Positions 44,803-52,753 of a DNA stretch of 64,000 bases are shown piece by piece. Within the stretch, counting starts at the first letter, position 1, and every line of letters starts with the position of its first letter. The notes beneath the pieces are model-generated. The model had not been told where the DNA came from and did not search any database. It was given only the letters and a program-made list of their open reading frames with translations. A program made the position numbers and the translations under genes. Source of the DNA: an uncultured virus (IMG/VR IMGVR_UViG_3300033463_000112) (lineage: Duplodnaviria > Heunggongvirae > Uroviricota > Caudoviricetes); IMG/VR virus record IMGVR_UViG_3300033463_000112. One strand, 5' to 3'.

Positions 44803-46458
44803 TTAGTTACCAAAAAAGCTCCAGTCGCCACGGCGCACACGGCGCATAGCTCTGGCATTGTCGGCCCGGTCAACGGCGTACAGCAGGGCTTCGATAAAGT
44901 CCGGGGAGTGGCCCAGCAAGGCAATCATATCCTTTTTCTTTATCAGTGAACGGGGGCTCTCGTTCTCAATCCACTTCAGGACTATGCGCTCTTGCATCAG
45001 GCGCTCTTCAATCGTGAACGGCTGGCGCTTATCCATGAATATTTTTCTCAGTACGGACTCCTCAATGGATATTTCCCCGTTCTGGATTTTCTCTATGAGA
45101 ATACCGGCACATTCAGACTTGCGCTTTGTGTAAGCCGTCTTGTCACGTGCCGGTCCCTTGTTGTCAAAGGCGTGCGCCCGGCGCAGGTCCTCAGACTGGC
45201 GGAGCCAGTTACCGATGCCGTTCACGTCGTAGGCGAAATCTTCCTCCGCAATGCCGTTCCGTTCCAAAAACGCCTTGATACGGGGCACAACGTCCTCTGC
45301 AGTAAGGAACTTTGCGGCTTCTATATCAATGATATGCCAGCCGTCCATAGCCCAGAGCACGAACCAGTCACCACGTAGGGCAATATCGCCGCCGCCGACT
45401 CTCCGGCCGTTGGTCTGAGGAGCGTTGTTGAAAAACCGGTACATATCGTTGGCCGTAATCAGCGAGCCGGTATCGTCAACGTCGCGCCAGACACCGCGTA
45501 TATCGTTTACGGTGCTTTTTGAGCCGCCGGAGGAAATACGGTTCATGTACTTAGGGTCGGATACGTGGAGTATCTTGTTTTCCCCAAAGTCGCCGTCAAT
45601 GAACGTCAGGGACGTAATAAATTCCTTATATTCCTCGTCCGGGTTGTCTGTCAAAGAGCGAATCTTGTTGCGGGCGTTCGGGTTCTCATAGACCTCCTCC
45701 GGGGAATCGCCCCACGCAATCTCCGTTACGTCCTCGCCGTAGCGGCAGAAGTAACGAATCTTGCCAGAGCGTGCCGGTATAGCCTCGTCTGTTTCAGGGT
45801 CTATCCACCAGTCAAGGAGCGTCCTTAGCTTGTTGGATTTACCTACCGGGTTACAGGTGCAAATGAAACGCGGGGGTACGCCGGAGGTCGAACGGTTAGA
45901 GCCCATAAGGTCAAAAATCACGTTCAGGTTATCGCGCGTGAACTCTGCAAGCTCCTCAATCACGATATAGGGCATTTCAGCACCACGGAAACGGTCTTTT
46001 ACGGCCTTCAGGTCTGCGAGGTGCTCCATTTTCATAGTGGCCCCGGTCCCGTTGAAAAACTTTGCTTCAAAGCTGGTGTCAGCGAAGGTCGCAAAGCCCC
46101 TGAATATCGGCTTACAGGACTTCCAGATACCACGCTTTACGTCGTTTTCTAAGCGCCTAAAACCGTACATATTAACGTCCGGGTTGTCGGCATAGTACAA
46201 TGCTCCAATCAAGCTAATTGCGGTCTTTCCTGCGCCCCTTGCGCCGCCACAAATGGTAATATCCGCTTTGCTGGTAAGCACTTTCTCCTGAAAGCCCTCC
46301 TGCGGGATTAAATCCCAGATGCGTTTGCCGAGGCGCTTTTGTTCCAGATTCTCCTTCCGTATTTCCTGAGCAAAGTCGTAGGAGTAAACTTCCATGCCGT
46401 ATTGTGCAAATACGGGGTCCAGATATTCGCGCTCGTTTATGACGGTTTCAACGTTCAT
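44803..46458 (-). CDS. terL: terminase large subunit
   Basis: PQEGFQ, Walker A GGARGAGKT, IVIEEL, TCNP; nuclease DIA..G.D, DVNGIG and SPDFIEAL motifs. Start set at ATG 46458, downstream of the promoter. Confidence 0.92.
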   Translation of the reverse strand: MNVETVINEREYLDPVFAQYGMEVYSYDFAQEIRKENLEQKRLGKRIWDLIPQEGFQEKVLTSKADITICGGARGAGKTAISLIGALYYADNPDVNMYGFRRLENDVKRGIWKSCKPIFRGFATFADTSFEAKFFNGTGATMKMEHLADLKAVKDRFRGAEMPYIVIEELAEFTRDNLNVIFDLMGSNRSTSGVPPRFICTCNPVGKSNKLRTLLDWWIDPETDEAIPARSGKIRYFCRYGEDVTEIAWGDSPEEVYENPNARNKIRSLTDNPDEEYKEFITSLTFIDGDFGENKILHVSDPKYMNRISSGGSKSTVNDIRGVWRDVDDTGSLITANDMYRFFNNAPQTNGRRVGGGDIALRGDWFVLWAMDGWHIIDIEAAKFLTAEDVVPRIKAFLERNGIAEEDFAYDVNGIGNWLRQSEDLRRAHAFDNKGPARDKTAYTKRKSECAGILIEKIQNGEISIEESVLRKIFMDKRQPFTIEERLMQERIVLKWIENESPRSLIKKKDMIALLGHSPDFIEALLYAVDRADNARAMRRVRRGDWSFFGN

Positions 46459-46464
46459 CGAGCG

Positions 46465-46536
46465 CAAAGTTATGCACGAATTTTCAATACAAATCAATAT
46501 TTATTGAAATGTATTGATTTTTTAACTATAACTTTG
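46465..46536. promoter_or_regulatory. divergent late promoters (TAACTTTG on both strands)
   Basis: TAACTTTG on - at 46465-46472 and on + at 46529-46536, with an AT-rich spacer. Confidence 0.7.
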
Positions 46537-46545
46537 CCCGTGTAT

Positions 46546-46707
46546 ATGGACGAAAAAGCGCATATTAGCGGTGTGCAAGTGACTTGCCCCTATTGCAAGA
46601 AGTCGTTTCCTGTAAGGGTGCAATCCTTAGAGGGGCGGCTTCGGCTTTCGGTCCTGTGCAGGCACTGCAAGCGCACCGGCGAAATAACGCTTTCGGACAT
46701 TAAATAG
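46546..46707 (+). CDS. small Zn-ribbon protein (Mu Com-like regulator?)
   Basis: 53 aa, CPYC...CRHC; first ORF of the head operon. Confidence 0.6.
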   Translation: MDEKAHISGVQVTCPYCKKSFPVRVQSLEGRLRLSVLCRHCKRTGEITLSDIK

Positions 46708-46764
46708 CCAGCGCCCGCGAGCGCGTATAAGAGGCCACTTTGAGTTACATAGATAACCGCTTAG

Positions 46765-46809
46765 GCCCGGAGTAGAAATCCTGAAAAGGGTTTCCGCTTC
46801 GGGTTTTTT
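46765..46809 (+). terminator. intrinsic terminator/attenuator before the scaffold gene
   Basis: CCCGGAG-TAGAAATCCT-GAAA-AGGGTTTCCG-CTTCGGG-TTTTTT. Confidence 0.65.
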
Positions 46810-46835
46810 GTATAACCCAACCGCTCATTGAACAA

Positions 46836-47495
46836 ATGAAAACCAAAATTATTAACGCGCTCAGAACTAAGTATCAGCGCTTCGGGCTGAGCAACGAGGC
46901 TATTGACCGGATTGCCTCTGCGAAAGAAAAGACCGTCACCCAAGAGAGCGAGATTGAAAGTGCGATTGCTGACGCACAGACAATGGAGCTTATCGCAAAC
47001 GAGTTGCAGAAGTCGGCTGATGCCGAACGGCGTTCCCGTTCGGACCTCCAGAAGTCTTTTGACGACTACAAAAAGGAGCACCCTGAAACTCAGGTCACGC
47101 CTCCTACGCCTCCCACTCCGCCCGAAGAGCCGGAATACGTCAAGACCCTTAAAGCCCAGATGCAGCAGTTGCTGGACCGCCAGAAAGCTGACGACGATGC
47201 TAAGACCCACAAGGAGCTTGTTTCCCGTCTGGAGTCGAAGCTCAAAGAGGCCGGGTGCAACAACCCGGGAATCCTCGCCGCCACACTGAAAGGCTTTACA
47301 CTGGCCGATAAGGAAACCGAAGAGGCCGCCGTTGAACGCCTGAAAGGCGAATACAACGCGACTGTAAAGGCAACATTTGGCGACGGCCCCCAACCGCAAT
47401 TCGGCGGGCAGACGTTTGGTGATGCGAAAACCGCGCTTGAAAAGAAAAACGCTTTTCTGCGCGAACAGGGACTCCTCCCCCAAGAGGAAAAGTAA
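46836..47495 (+). CDS. capsid scaffolding protein (putative)
   Basis: Charged coiled coil with a Pro-rich linker, upstream of the capsid genes. Confidence 0.65.
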   Translation: MKTKIINALRTKYQRFGLSNEAIDRIASAKEKTVTQESEIESAIADAQTMELIANELQKSADAERRSRSDLQKSFDDYKKEHPETQVTPPTPPTPPEEPEYVKTLKAQMQQLLDRQKADDDAKTHKELVSRLESKLKEAGCNNPGILAATLKGFTLADKETEEAAVERLKGEYNATVKATFGDGPQPQFGGQTFGDAKTALEKKNAFLREQGLLPQEEK

Positions 47496-47513
47496 CACCA
47501 ATTTTTTACAACT

Positions 47514-48218
47514 ATGCCTAAGTTTAGCTCTTTCAATGCTTTTGGCTCCGAGGCCAACGAAATCGGCCAGAGTCATGTGCCTGTTTGGCTCGGCGTTGTG
47601 ACCCCCGTTCCCGTGGGCGGTGTTCTGGCTAAGGCTTACGCTCTGAAGGGCCTCCTGCTCAGCGCAGGCGCTCCCGTCAAGCTGGCCGAAAAGGTCATTA
47701 CCCCGTTTATCGGCTTCGAGGTGGTTGCTTACACTGGCGCTGGTGCTTCCGACACCTACGATACCGTCGTGGTTAAGCCCGTGAAGCTCGGTGACATTGA
47801 AATCGCCCCTGCTGCTGACGACGTTCTGATGAAGGTAGGCGCTACTTTCGCAACCGCCGGCGCAGCCCGTGCCATTCACTCCTCTACCCTTATCACCAGT
47901 GGCGACAACGAAGGTTGCTACACTCTTGAAATCGCCAAGAGCGCCAACCTCGGTAGCCTGACTGCCGGTGACGTTCTCACTCCCTCCGCTGAAGCCGGTG
48001 CTTCTGGTAAGGTTCCTTCCGTTATCCCTAACGGATACCTCTACAACGACATTTACTTTGGCGGTCTTTCCGGTGACAAGGACAACTACACCATTGCCGC
48101 CTCCGGCGCTGTCGTGAAGTTCCATTCCGAGGGCCTGCTCGTAGAACTGACTCCTTCTGCCGCCGTTAAGGCGCAGATGGCTGCTGCTGTTCCCGGCGTG
48201 CTTCAGGTGCTTGTTTAA
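47514..48218 (+). CDS. head decoration/auxiliary capsid protein (putative)
   Basis: Ala/Gly/Val-rich with strongly biased codons; between scaffold and MCP. Confidence 0.6.
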   Translation: MPKFSSFNAFGSEANEIGQSHVPVWLGVVTPVPVGGVLAKAYALKGLLLSAGAPVKLAEKVITPFIGFEVVAYTGAGASDTYDTVVVKPVKLGDIEIAPAADDVLMKVGATFATAGAARAIHSSTLITSGDNEGCYTLEIAKSANLGSLTAGDVLTPSAEAGASGKVPSVIPNGYLYNDIYFGGLSGDKDNYTIAASGAVVKFHSEGLLVELTPSAAVKAQMAAAVPGVLQVLV

Positions 48219-48239
48219 TCCTGTAATTCCAAGTACACT

Positions 48240-49415
48240 ATGGACGCTTATCAGATTCAATTCTACGACCTGCTTTCCCGCGCCCTCGGCGCTGGCGAGT
48301 CTATCCAGAGCTTTCTGGATAACACTATGGCCCTGAAGTACAACAAACTTCAGCTTGACGGCTTTACCTTTGAGCCTTTCATGCAGGCCGACTTCACCTA
48401 CGAACAGATTGTAGGCGACCTCCCCCTGAACGTCATGGCTCAGTATTACGACGTTGATTCCCCGGCTCTGCCCGACGGAACGACCGGCTTTAAGGCTTAC
48501 ACTGGCAAGATTCCTCGCATGAAGAAAGTCGAATACTTCAACGAGGACAAACTCCGCAAGATGAAGCTCGTAGAGGACCGCAAGTCCACTACCGCCGCCC
48601 AGATTGCCGAGATTGCCTATCAGCAGCTGTTTATCACTGTTGACAAGCTCATTGGCGGTCACACCAACGCTCTGACCTATCAGCGTCATCAGGCTGTTTC
48701 CACCGGTAAGTTCGTTATCAACAACACGAACAACCCGAAGGGTATTAAGAACATTACCCTCGACTACCACATTCCTTCTGCCAACAAGACCGTTCTTCCT
48801 CAGACGAGTGTTCGCTGGTGGACCTCCACCACCCACGTTCAGGCCAACGAAGGCGCAAACTCCAATCCCGTAAAGGACCTTGTGGACATTGTTAACAAGG
48901 CTCGCTACGCTGGTGTGCGCGGCCATTTCGAGGTCGAAATCGACTATCTGAAGGAAGTCCTTGCTCACAGCAAGGTACTGGCCCAGATTGGCGTTGCCAC
49001 CCTGCCCGCTTCCGACTCCACCGCTCAGGCCGCTTACGCAAGTATCCTGAGCTACGAGGCCAAGAAGTCCGCTCTGGAGAGCCTGATTGGCGCTCCCATT
49101 AAGGCCATTGACAGCATCGTTCCTGTCGAGTCTATCGACAAGTCCGAAAAGGCTTTCACCCGTTCCAACATTAACGCCTTCGAAAAGAACGTGTTTGTGT
49201 TCGTTCCTGACGGTGAAATCGGCGTTGTCAAGACCGTGGAGCCTATCGCTCTGGAAGGCGGTAACTACGCTTCCTTCTACGGCGGCAAGCTCCTGCTGAC
49301 CGTTGGCGTTGACTTCGTTAAGAAGTGCCAGAGCTACAATACGGAAATGACCTCCGTTGTCATTCCTACTGTACCTCAGTATATGTGGTATCTCTATCCG
49401 AACAACGTTGAGTAG
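48240..49415 (+). CDS. major capsid protein
   Basis: 391 aa with high-expression codon bias; DVDSPALP, GKIPRM and HQAVSTGK segments; position in the head module. Confidence 0.8.
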   Translation: MDAYQIQFYDLLSRALGAGESIQSFLDNTMALKYNKLQLDGFTFEPFMQADFTYEQIVGDLPLNVMAQYYDVDSPALPDGTTGFKAYTGKIPRMKKVEYFNEDKLRKMKLVEDRKSTTAAQIAEIAYQQLFITVDKLIGGHTNALTYQRHQAVSTGKFVINNTNNPKGIKNITLDYHIPSANKTVLPQTSVRWWTSTTHVQANEGANSNPVKDLVDIVNKARYAGVRGHFEVEIDYLKEVLAHSKVLAQIGVATLPASDSTAQAAYASILSYEAKKSALESLIGAPIKAIDSIVPVESIDKSEKAFTRSNINAFEKNVFVFVPDGEIGVVKTVEPIALEGGNYASFYGGKLLLTVGVDFVKKCQSYNTEMTSVVIPTVPQYMWYLYPNNVE

Positions 49416-49426
49416 TTTAACCGTAA

Positions 49427-49813
49427 TTGAAGGAAGATATGGCCGACATAAGCACAAATCTGACTTTCGTAAGGTGGCTCAGGGCTAAGGCCGAGCCGTT
49501 CATGGACCTGTCCGATGATTTCCTTTTCTCTATCCTCATTGGGCGGGGAATCAATGACGACGAGTACCTGTACTCTGCCGCCACTGAGAAACAGAAAGAC
49601 CTGTGCTATGCAGACGTGCTGTTTGCAGCGGCCGTATCTTCCGTCAAAACGGGAACGCAAGGCGAATCCGACGGCGGCTGGACCCACTATATCGCAATTA
49701 AGAACGCCGTAAACCGTAACGGCTTGCTCGATATGGCAAAGGCGCTCTACGACAAGTGGAATGAGCCGTTTTCCGACCCGCGCAACAAAATCAGACTGAA
49801 GCCCCTGTACTAA
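49427..49813 (+). CDS. head-tail adaptor (putative)
   Basis: KQKDLCYAD...SDGGWTH...ALYDKWNE; follows the MCP. Confidence 0.6.
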   Translation: MKEDMADISTNLTFVRWLRAKAEPFMDLSDDFLFSILIGRGINDDEYLYSAATEKQKDLCYADVLFAAAVSSVKTGTQGESDGGWTHYIAIKNAVNRNGLLDMAKALYDKWNEPFSDPRNKIRLKPLY

Positions 49814-50409
49814 TGTATAACCCTCGTTGGCCCCATACTTTCGTAGTAGTCCCCGAGTATCTGGACGATAACGGCCTGCCCGTTACGGACGAAAACGGCG
49901 ACCCCTGCGAGCCTACGCCCCCTGCTCCGGAGGAACAACTGGACCAGAACGGACTCCCGCTTACGGACGAAAACGGCGACCCTATCACCGTTGAGCCCGA
50001 AAGCGAGCCCGAACAGGAACAGGAACCTGCGGAGGAACCCTCTGAGGGCGAGGAACCGGAGCCCGAGCCCCAGCCGGAACCCGAACCGACCCCGGCCACG
50101 AATCCTACCGTACTGATTGCCGAGTACGATTCCAACTGGAACCCGCGCAAGGCATCTGACGGCAAGTTTGTTACTAAGGAGGTTACTCAGGTTCCGTGGG
50201 GATACAGAACCGCAACGGGCGGTCTGAAAGCAGCCGGGGAGGTAATCGTCGCGGACTATAAGATTTCAACCCCTATGCTCCTGACGGAGCTACCGACCGG
50301 AACTATCCTTGAACTGACCGACTATACGCACACTTTCCTTGCTAAAGTAATGAAGGTCACTACCTATAATTGGGGCACTGATTTGTGGATAGACAACATT
50401 AAGAACTAA
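49813..50409 (+). CDS. head closure protein (putative) with Pro/Glu-rich insertion
   Basis: MYNPRWPH N-terminus; long EP-rich low-complexity insert; synteny. Confidence 0.55.
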   Translation: MYNPRWPHTFVVVPEYLDDNGLPVTDENGDPCEPTPPAPEEQLDQNGLPLTDENGDPITVEPESEPEQEQEPAEEPSEGEEPEPEPQPEPEPTPATNPTVLIAEYDSNWNPRKASDGKFVTKEVTQVPWGYRTATGGLKAAGEVIVADYKISTPMLLTELPTGTILELTDYTHTFLAKVMKVTTYNWGTDLWIDNIKN

Positions 50410-50870
50410 TGAGCTACGCAAGCCAAAACAAGCGCACAATCAACGCGGCGTTTAAGCGTTTCGGGATTCTCACTGAAGCAATCATTGAGAACGGAATGAA
50501 ACGCATAATGAACGAGGCTATGATGATTGCTCTTGCGACGCACGACGCAGACCACTGGTTCCACAAGTCCACCGGGAACTCCTACGGCTGGCTGGTGCTC
50601 CACGACGGCAAGCACGTAGCCCACAAGGTTAACGAAGGCTTGCATGGTGAGGGTGATGCCTACACTGAGCTCATGGGAGCCGCCCGGGACGTTCCGCAAG
50701 TCGGTTGGGTTGGGATATTGCTCGCCAGTATGGGCGAGGTCCACGATAACGCTAAGGGAAAGCTCTATTTCTTTCATCTGGACTACGAAATGGCGGTGCT
50801 TAACAACGCTCGCGAGGACGTAGAAAAGCTGTTTACAAGAAACTTCAGAACAATGTATGTTGCCGAATAA
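50409..50870 (+). CDS. neck/tail completion protein (putative)
   Basis: Synteny. Confidence 0.5.
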   Translation: MSYASQNKRTINAAFKRFGILTEAIIENGMKRIMNEAMMIALATHDADHWFHKSTGNSYGWLVLHDGKHVAHKVNEGLHGEGDAYTELMGAARDVPQVGWVGILLASMGEVHDNAKGKLYFFHLDYEMAVLNNAREDVEKLFTRNFRTMYVAE

Positions 50871-51255
50871 TTTTGACATAACGGACGTGGAAAAGCTCTT
50901 TTCCGACGAAGTGCGCAAGCTCGGTGTTTCTGATAACGTCTGGAACAATAGGCCGAAGGCCACCGACGACAAGATTTCCAATTTTGCCGTCGTGAAAGTT
51001 TCGGGCGGCATATCGGATAAGGCCGCTTACGGCGATTGCCGCGTAGTGGTTTACCTGTTTGCTCGCGACGTAAAGGAAATGAAAAATTCCAAGAAACTCT
51101 CCGTGATGCAGAAGAAGCTCAGTAACCTACCGCTCTGGATTGAGCCGCTCCTTATTAACGGGAAACCGCGCGTTATTGGCGATACCGCAGACGATTTCGG
51201 ATTCCATTGCCGGATAGTCAATTTCAAAGTGTTTATCAAATCTAAATCTGTATAA
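50857..51255 (+). CDS. tail terminator (putative)
   Basis: Synteny, immediately before the tail tube. Confidence 0.5.
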   Translation: MLPNNFDITDVEKLFSDEVRKLGVSDNVWNNRPKATDDKISNFAVVKVSGGISDKAAYGDCRVVVYLFARDVKEMKNSKKLSVMQKKLSNLPLWIEPLLINGKPRVIGDTADDFGFHCRIVNFKVFIKSKSV

Positions 51256-51258
51256 ACT

Positions 51259-51885
51259 ATGCCTGCTACTCTTACTCACGCGATGCTTGACGACCTCCAT
51301 ATCGGCAACGCATCTCTTTCCCTGAAGGCTTACAGCCCTTCTGGAGTAGATATTACCGCCGGTATGGATTTCTCCAACTCCGACCAGATTTACACCCTCG
51401 AGGGTTCCTTTAACCTGACCTGTGACGACGCGAGCGGCACCGACATTCGCATCGACCAGCACAAGGAGGTTATCGACACCAATATCGAAAAGGGCGGTAA
51501 CTGGCGCATGACCGGCAATATCCCCTCCATAGCCGTTGACCTCCTGAAGTACTTTTTCACCGAGGGCAAGGCTATTGCCGCCGGTACTGCCTCTTCCCCG
51601 AAGGGCATCACTGGTGCAGACGGCTCCGCCTACTACACCGGCTTTGGCTTCCTCGCAACCCCGGAAATCATCGAGGTTTCCGTGCTTGTCGAGTCCGAGT
51701 CCAAGAACACGGCTATCCTCTTCCCGCACGTGAAAATGGTCGTTTCTCCTGTCAAGAAGGACGACAACACCAACCCCGCTTACCTTTCCTTCGTAGGTTT
51801 CATTCTCCCGAACCCTGCCAAGTCTGGTGGCGACCTTGTTGGCGACTTCGCCGTGCTGAAGGCCGACACTCGCCCTACCACCTAA
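51259..51885 (+). CDS. major tail tube protein
   Basis: 208 aa, beta-rich, high-expression codon bias; followed by a terminator and the chaperone gene. Confidence 0.7.
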   Translation: MPATLTHAMLDDLHIGNASLSLKAYSPSGVDITAGMDFSNSDQIYTLEGSFNLTCDDASGTDIRIDQHKEVIDTNIEKGGNWRMTGNIPSIAVDLLKYFFTEGKAIAAGTASSPKGITGADGSAYYTGFGFLATPEIIEVSVLVESESKNTAILFPHVKMVVSPVKKDDNTNPAYLSFVGFILPNPAKSGGDLVGDFAVLKADTRPTT

Positions 51886-51909
51886 TAGGGCCAGTAACAA
51901 CCTAAACCG

Positions 51910-51940
51910 AGGGGCGGGGTCTAAAGCCCTGCCCCTTTTT
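51910..51940 (+). terminator. intrinsic terminator after the tail tube gene
   Basis: AGGGGCGGGG-TCTAAAG-CCCTGCCCCT-TTT. Confidence 0.7.
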
Positions 51941-51954
51941 AAAAATTCAATCTC

Positions 51955-52527
51955 ATGCAACAGCCTACACTCGAACAGAGGAAAGAGTATCTCGATATAG
52001 TGAATGACGCTGTATCAATAGTACCGATTGAGGGCACGAAAAAGAGAGTAAAACTCCATTGGATTAAGCCCTATACAATGGAGCGCATCACTAAGGTTTG
52101 GATTGAACGCGAACTTGCAAGCGCCAAGCTGGAAAGCGGCGCTGACGTTCTCAAAGACCTTGCTAAAGAGCCGTATTTCGCGTTTAAAGAGGCGGCGTTA
52201 ATGATTCTTAACCACGACATTAAGATACGCCTTTTTTACGGCATTTACTGGCGTTATCTGGCCTACAAATATAGCGAGGCTCAGATTTCCGGTATTATCG
52301 CGGAGGGTAAAAAAAAACTTCCGCTTACGGCACACTACGCGACTATGGCGTTCTCGCTGGATATGAGGACGGATTGGGTGAAGATGACAAAGACCGAAGC
52401 AGAGCAATACCGAGCAGAACTTCTTTTGGAAGCGAAGCGGCTTTCTGCAAGGACTTCCCCGGCTACGGGCGGCCCCGTTGGCGGCTCTTCCGTTGGGAGC
52501 GCAATTTCGGCTACCGGTGTATCCTAA
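51955..52527 (+). CDS. tail assembly chaperone (G-like)
   Basis: Between tail tube and tape measure; overlapped by a -1-frame ORF. Confidence 0.7.
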   Translation: MQQPTLEQRKEYLDIVNDAVSIVPIEGTKKRVKLHWIKPYTMERITKVWIERELASAKLESGADVLKDLAKEPYFAFKEAALMILNHDIKIRLFYGIYWRYLAYKYSEAQISGIIAEGKKKLPLTAHYATMAFSLDMRTDWVKMTKTEAEQYRAELLLEAKRLSARTSPATGGPVGGSSVGSAISATGVS

Positions 52528-52748
52528 CCTGTGCACAAATCGAACTGATGCAAGCGGACCTGCCCCACACGCTAATCAAGCACAACGACAGGAAGGGCAA
52601 GGGCGGCGGCTCGAGTACGTTCGTTCCGAAAGCGAACGACCGGGCGTTTGAGCTTCAACAAGCGGCTAACCGCAAGGCGGCCCAGCGCCGTGCAGCAATG
52701 AACGGGGGCGAAGCTCCTTTGAGTATGAATGACATTTTTAGCAAATAG
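52311..52748 (+). CDS. tail assembly chaperone extension (T-like, -1 frame)
   Basis: The -1 frame is open from 52311 to 52748 with no early ATG, ending 5 nt before the tape measure. Confidence 0.6.
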   Translation, partial: KKTSAYGTLRDYGVLAGYEDGLGEDDKDRSRAIPSRTSFGSEAAFCKDFPGYGRPRWRLFRWERNFGYRCILTCAQIELMQADLPHTLIKHNDRKGKGGGSSTFVPKANDRAFELQQAANRKAAQRRAAMNGGEAPLSMNDIFSK

Positions 52749-52753
52749 ATACA

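Noticed and set aside
46761..49457. 898-aa minus-strand ORF
   Set aside because: Antisense shadow of the scaffold/capsid genes, caused by strong codon bias.
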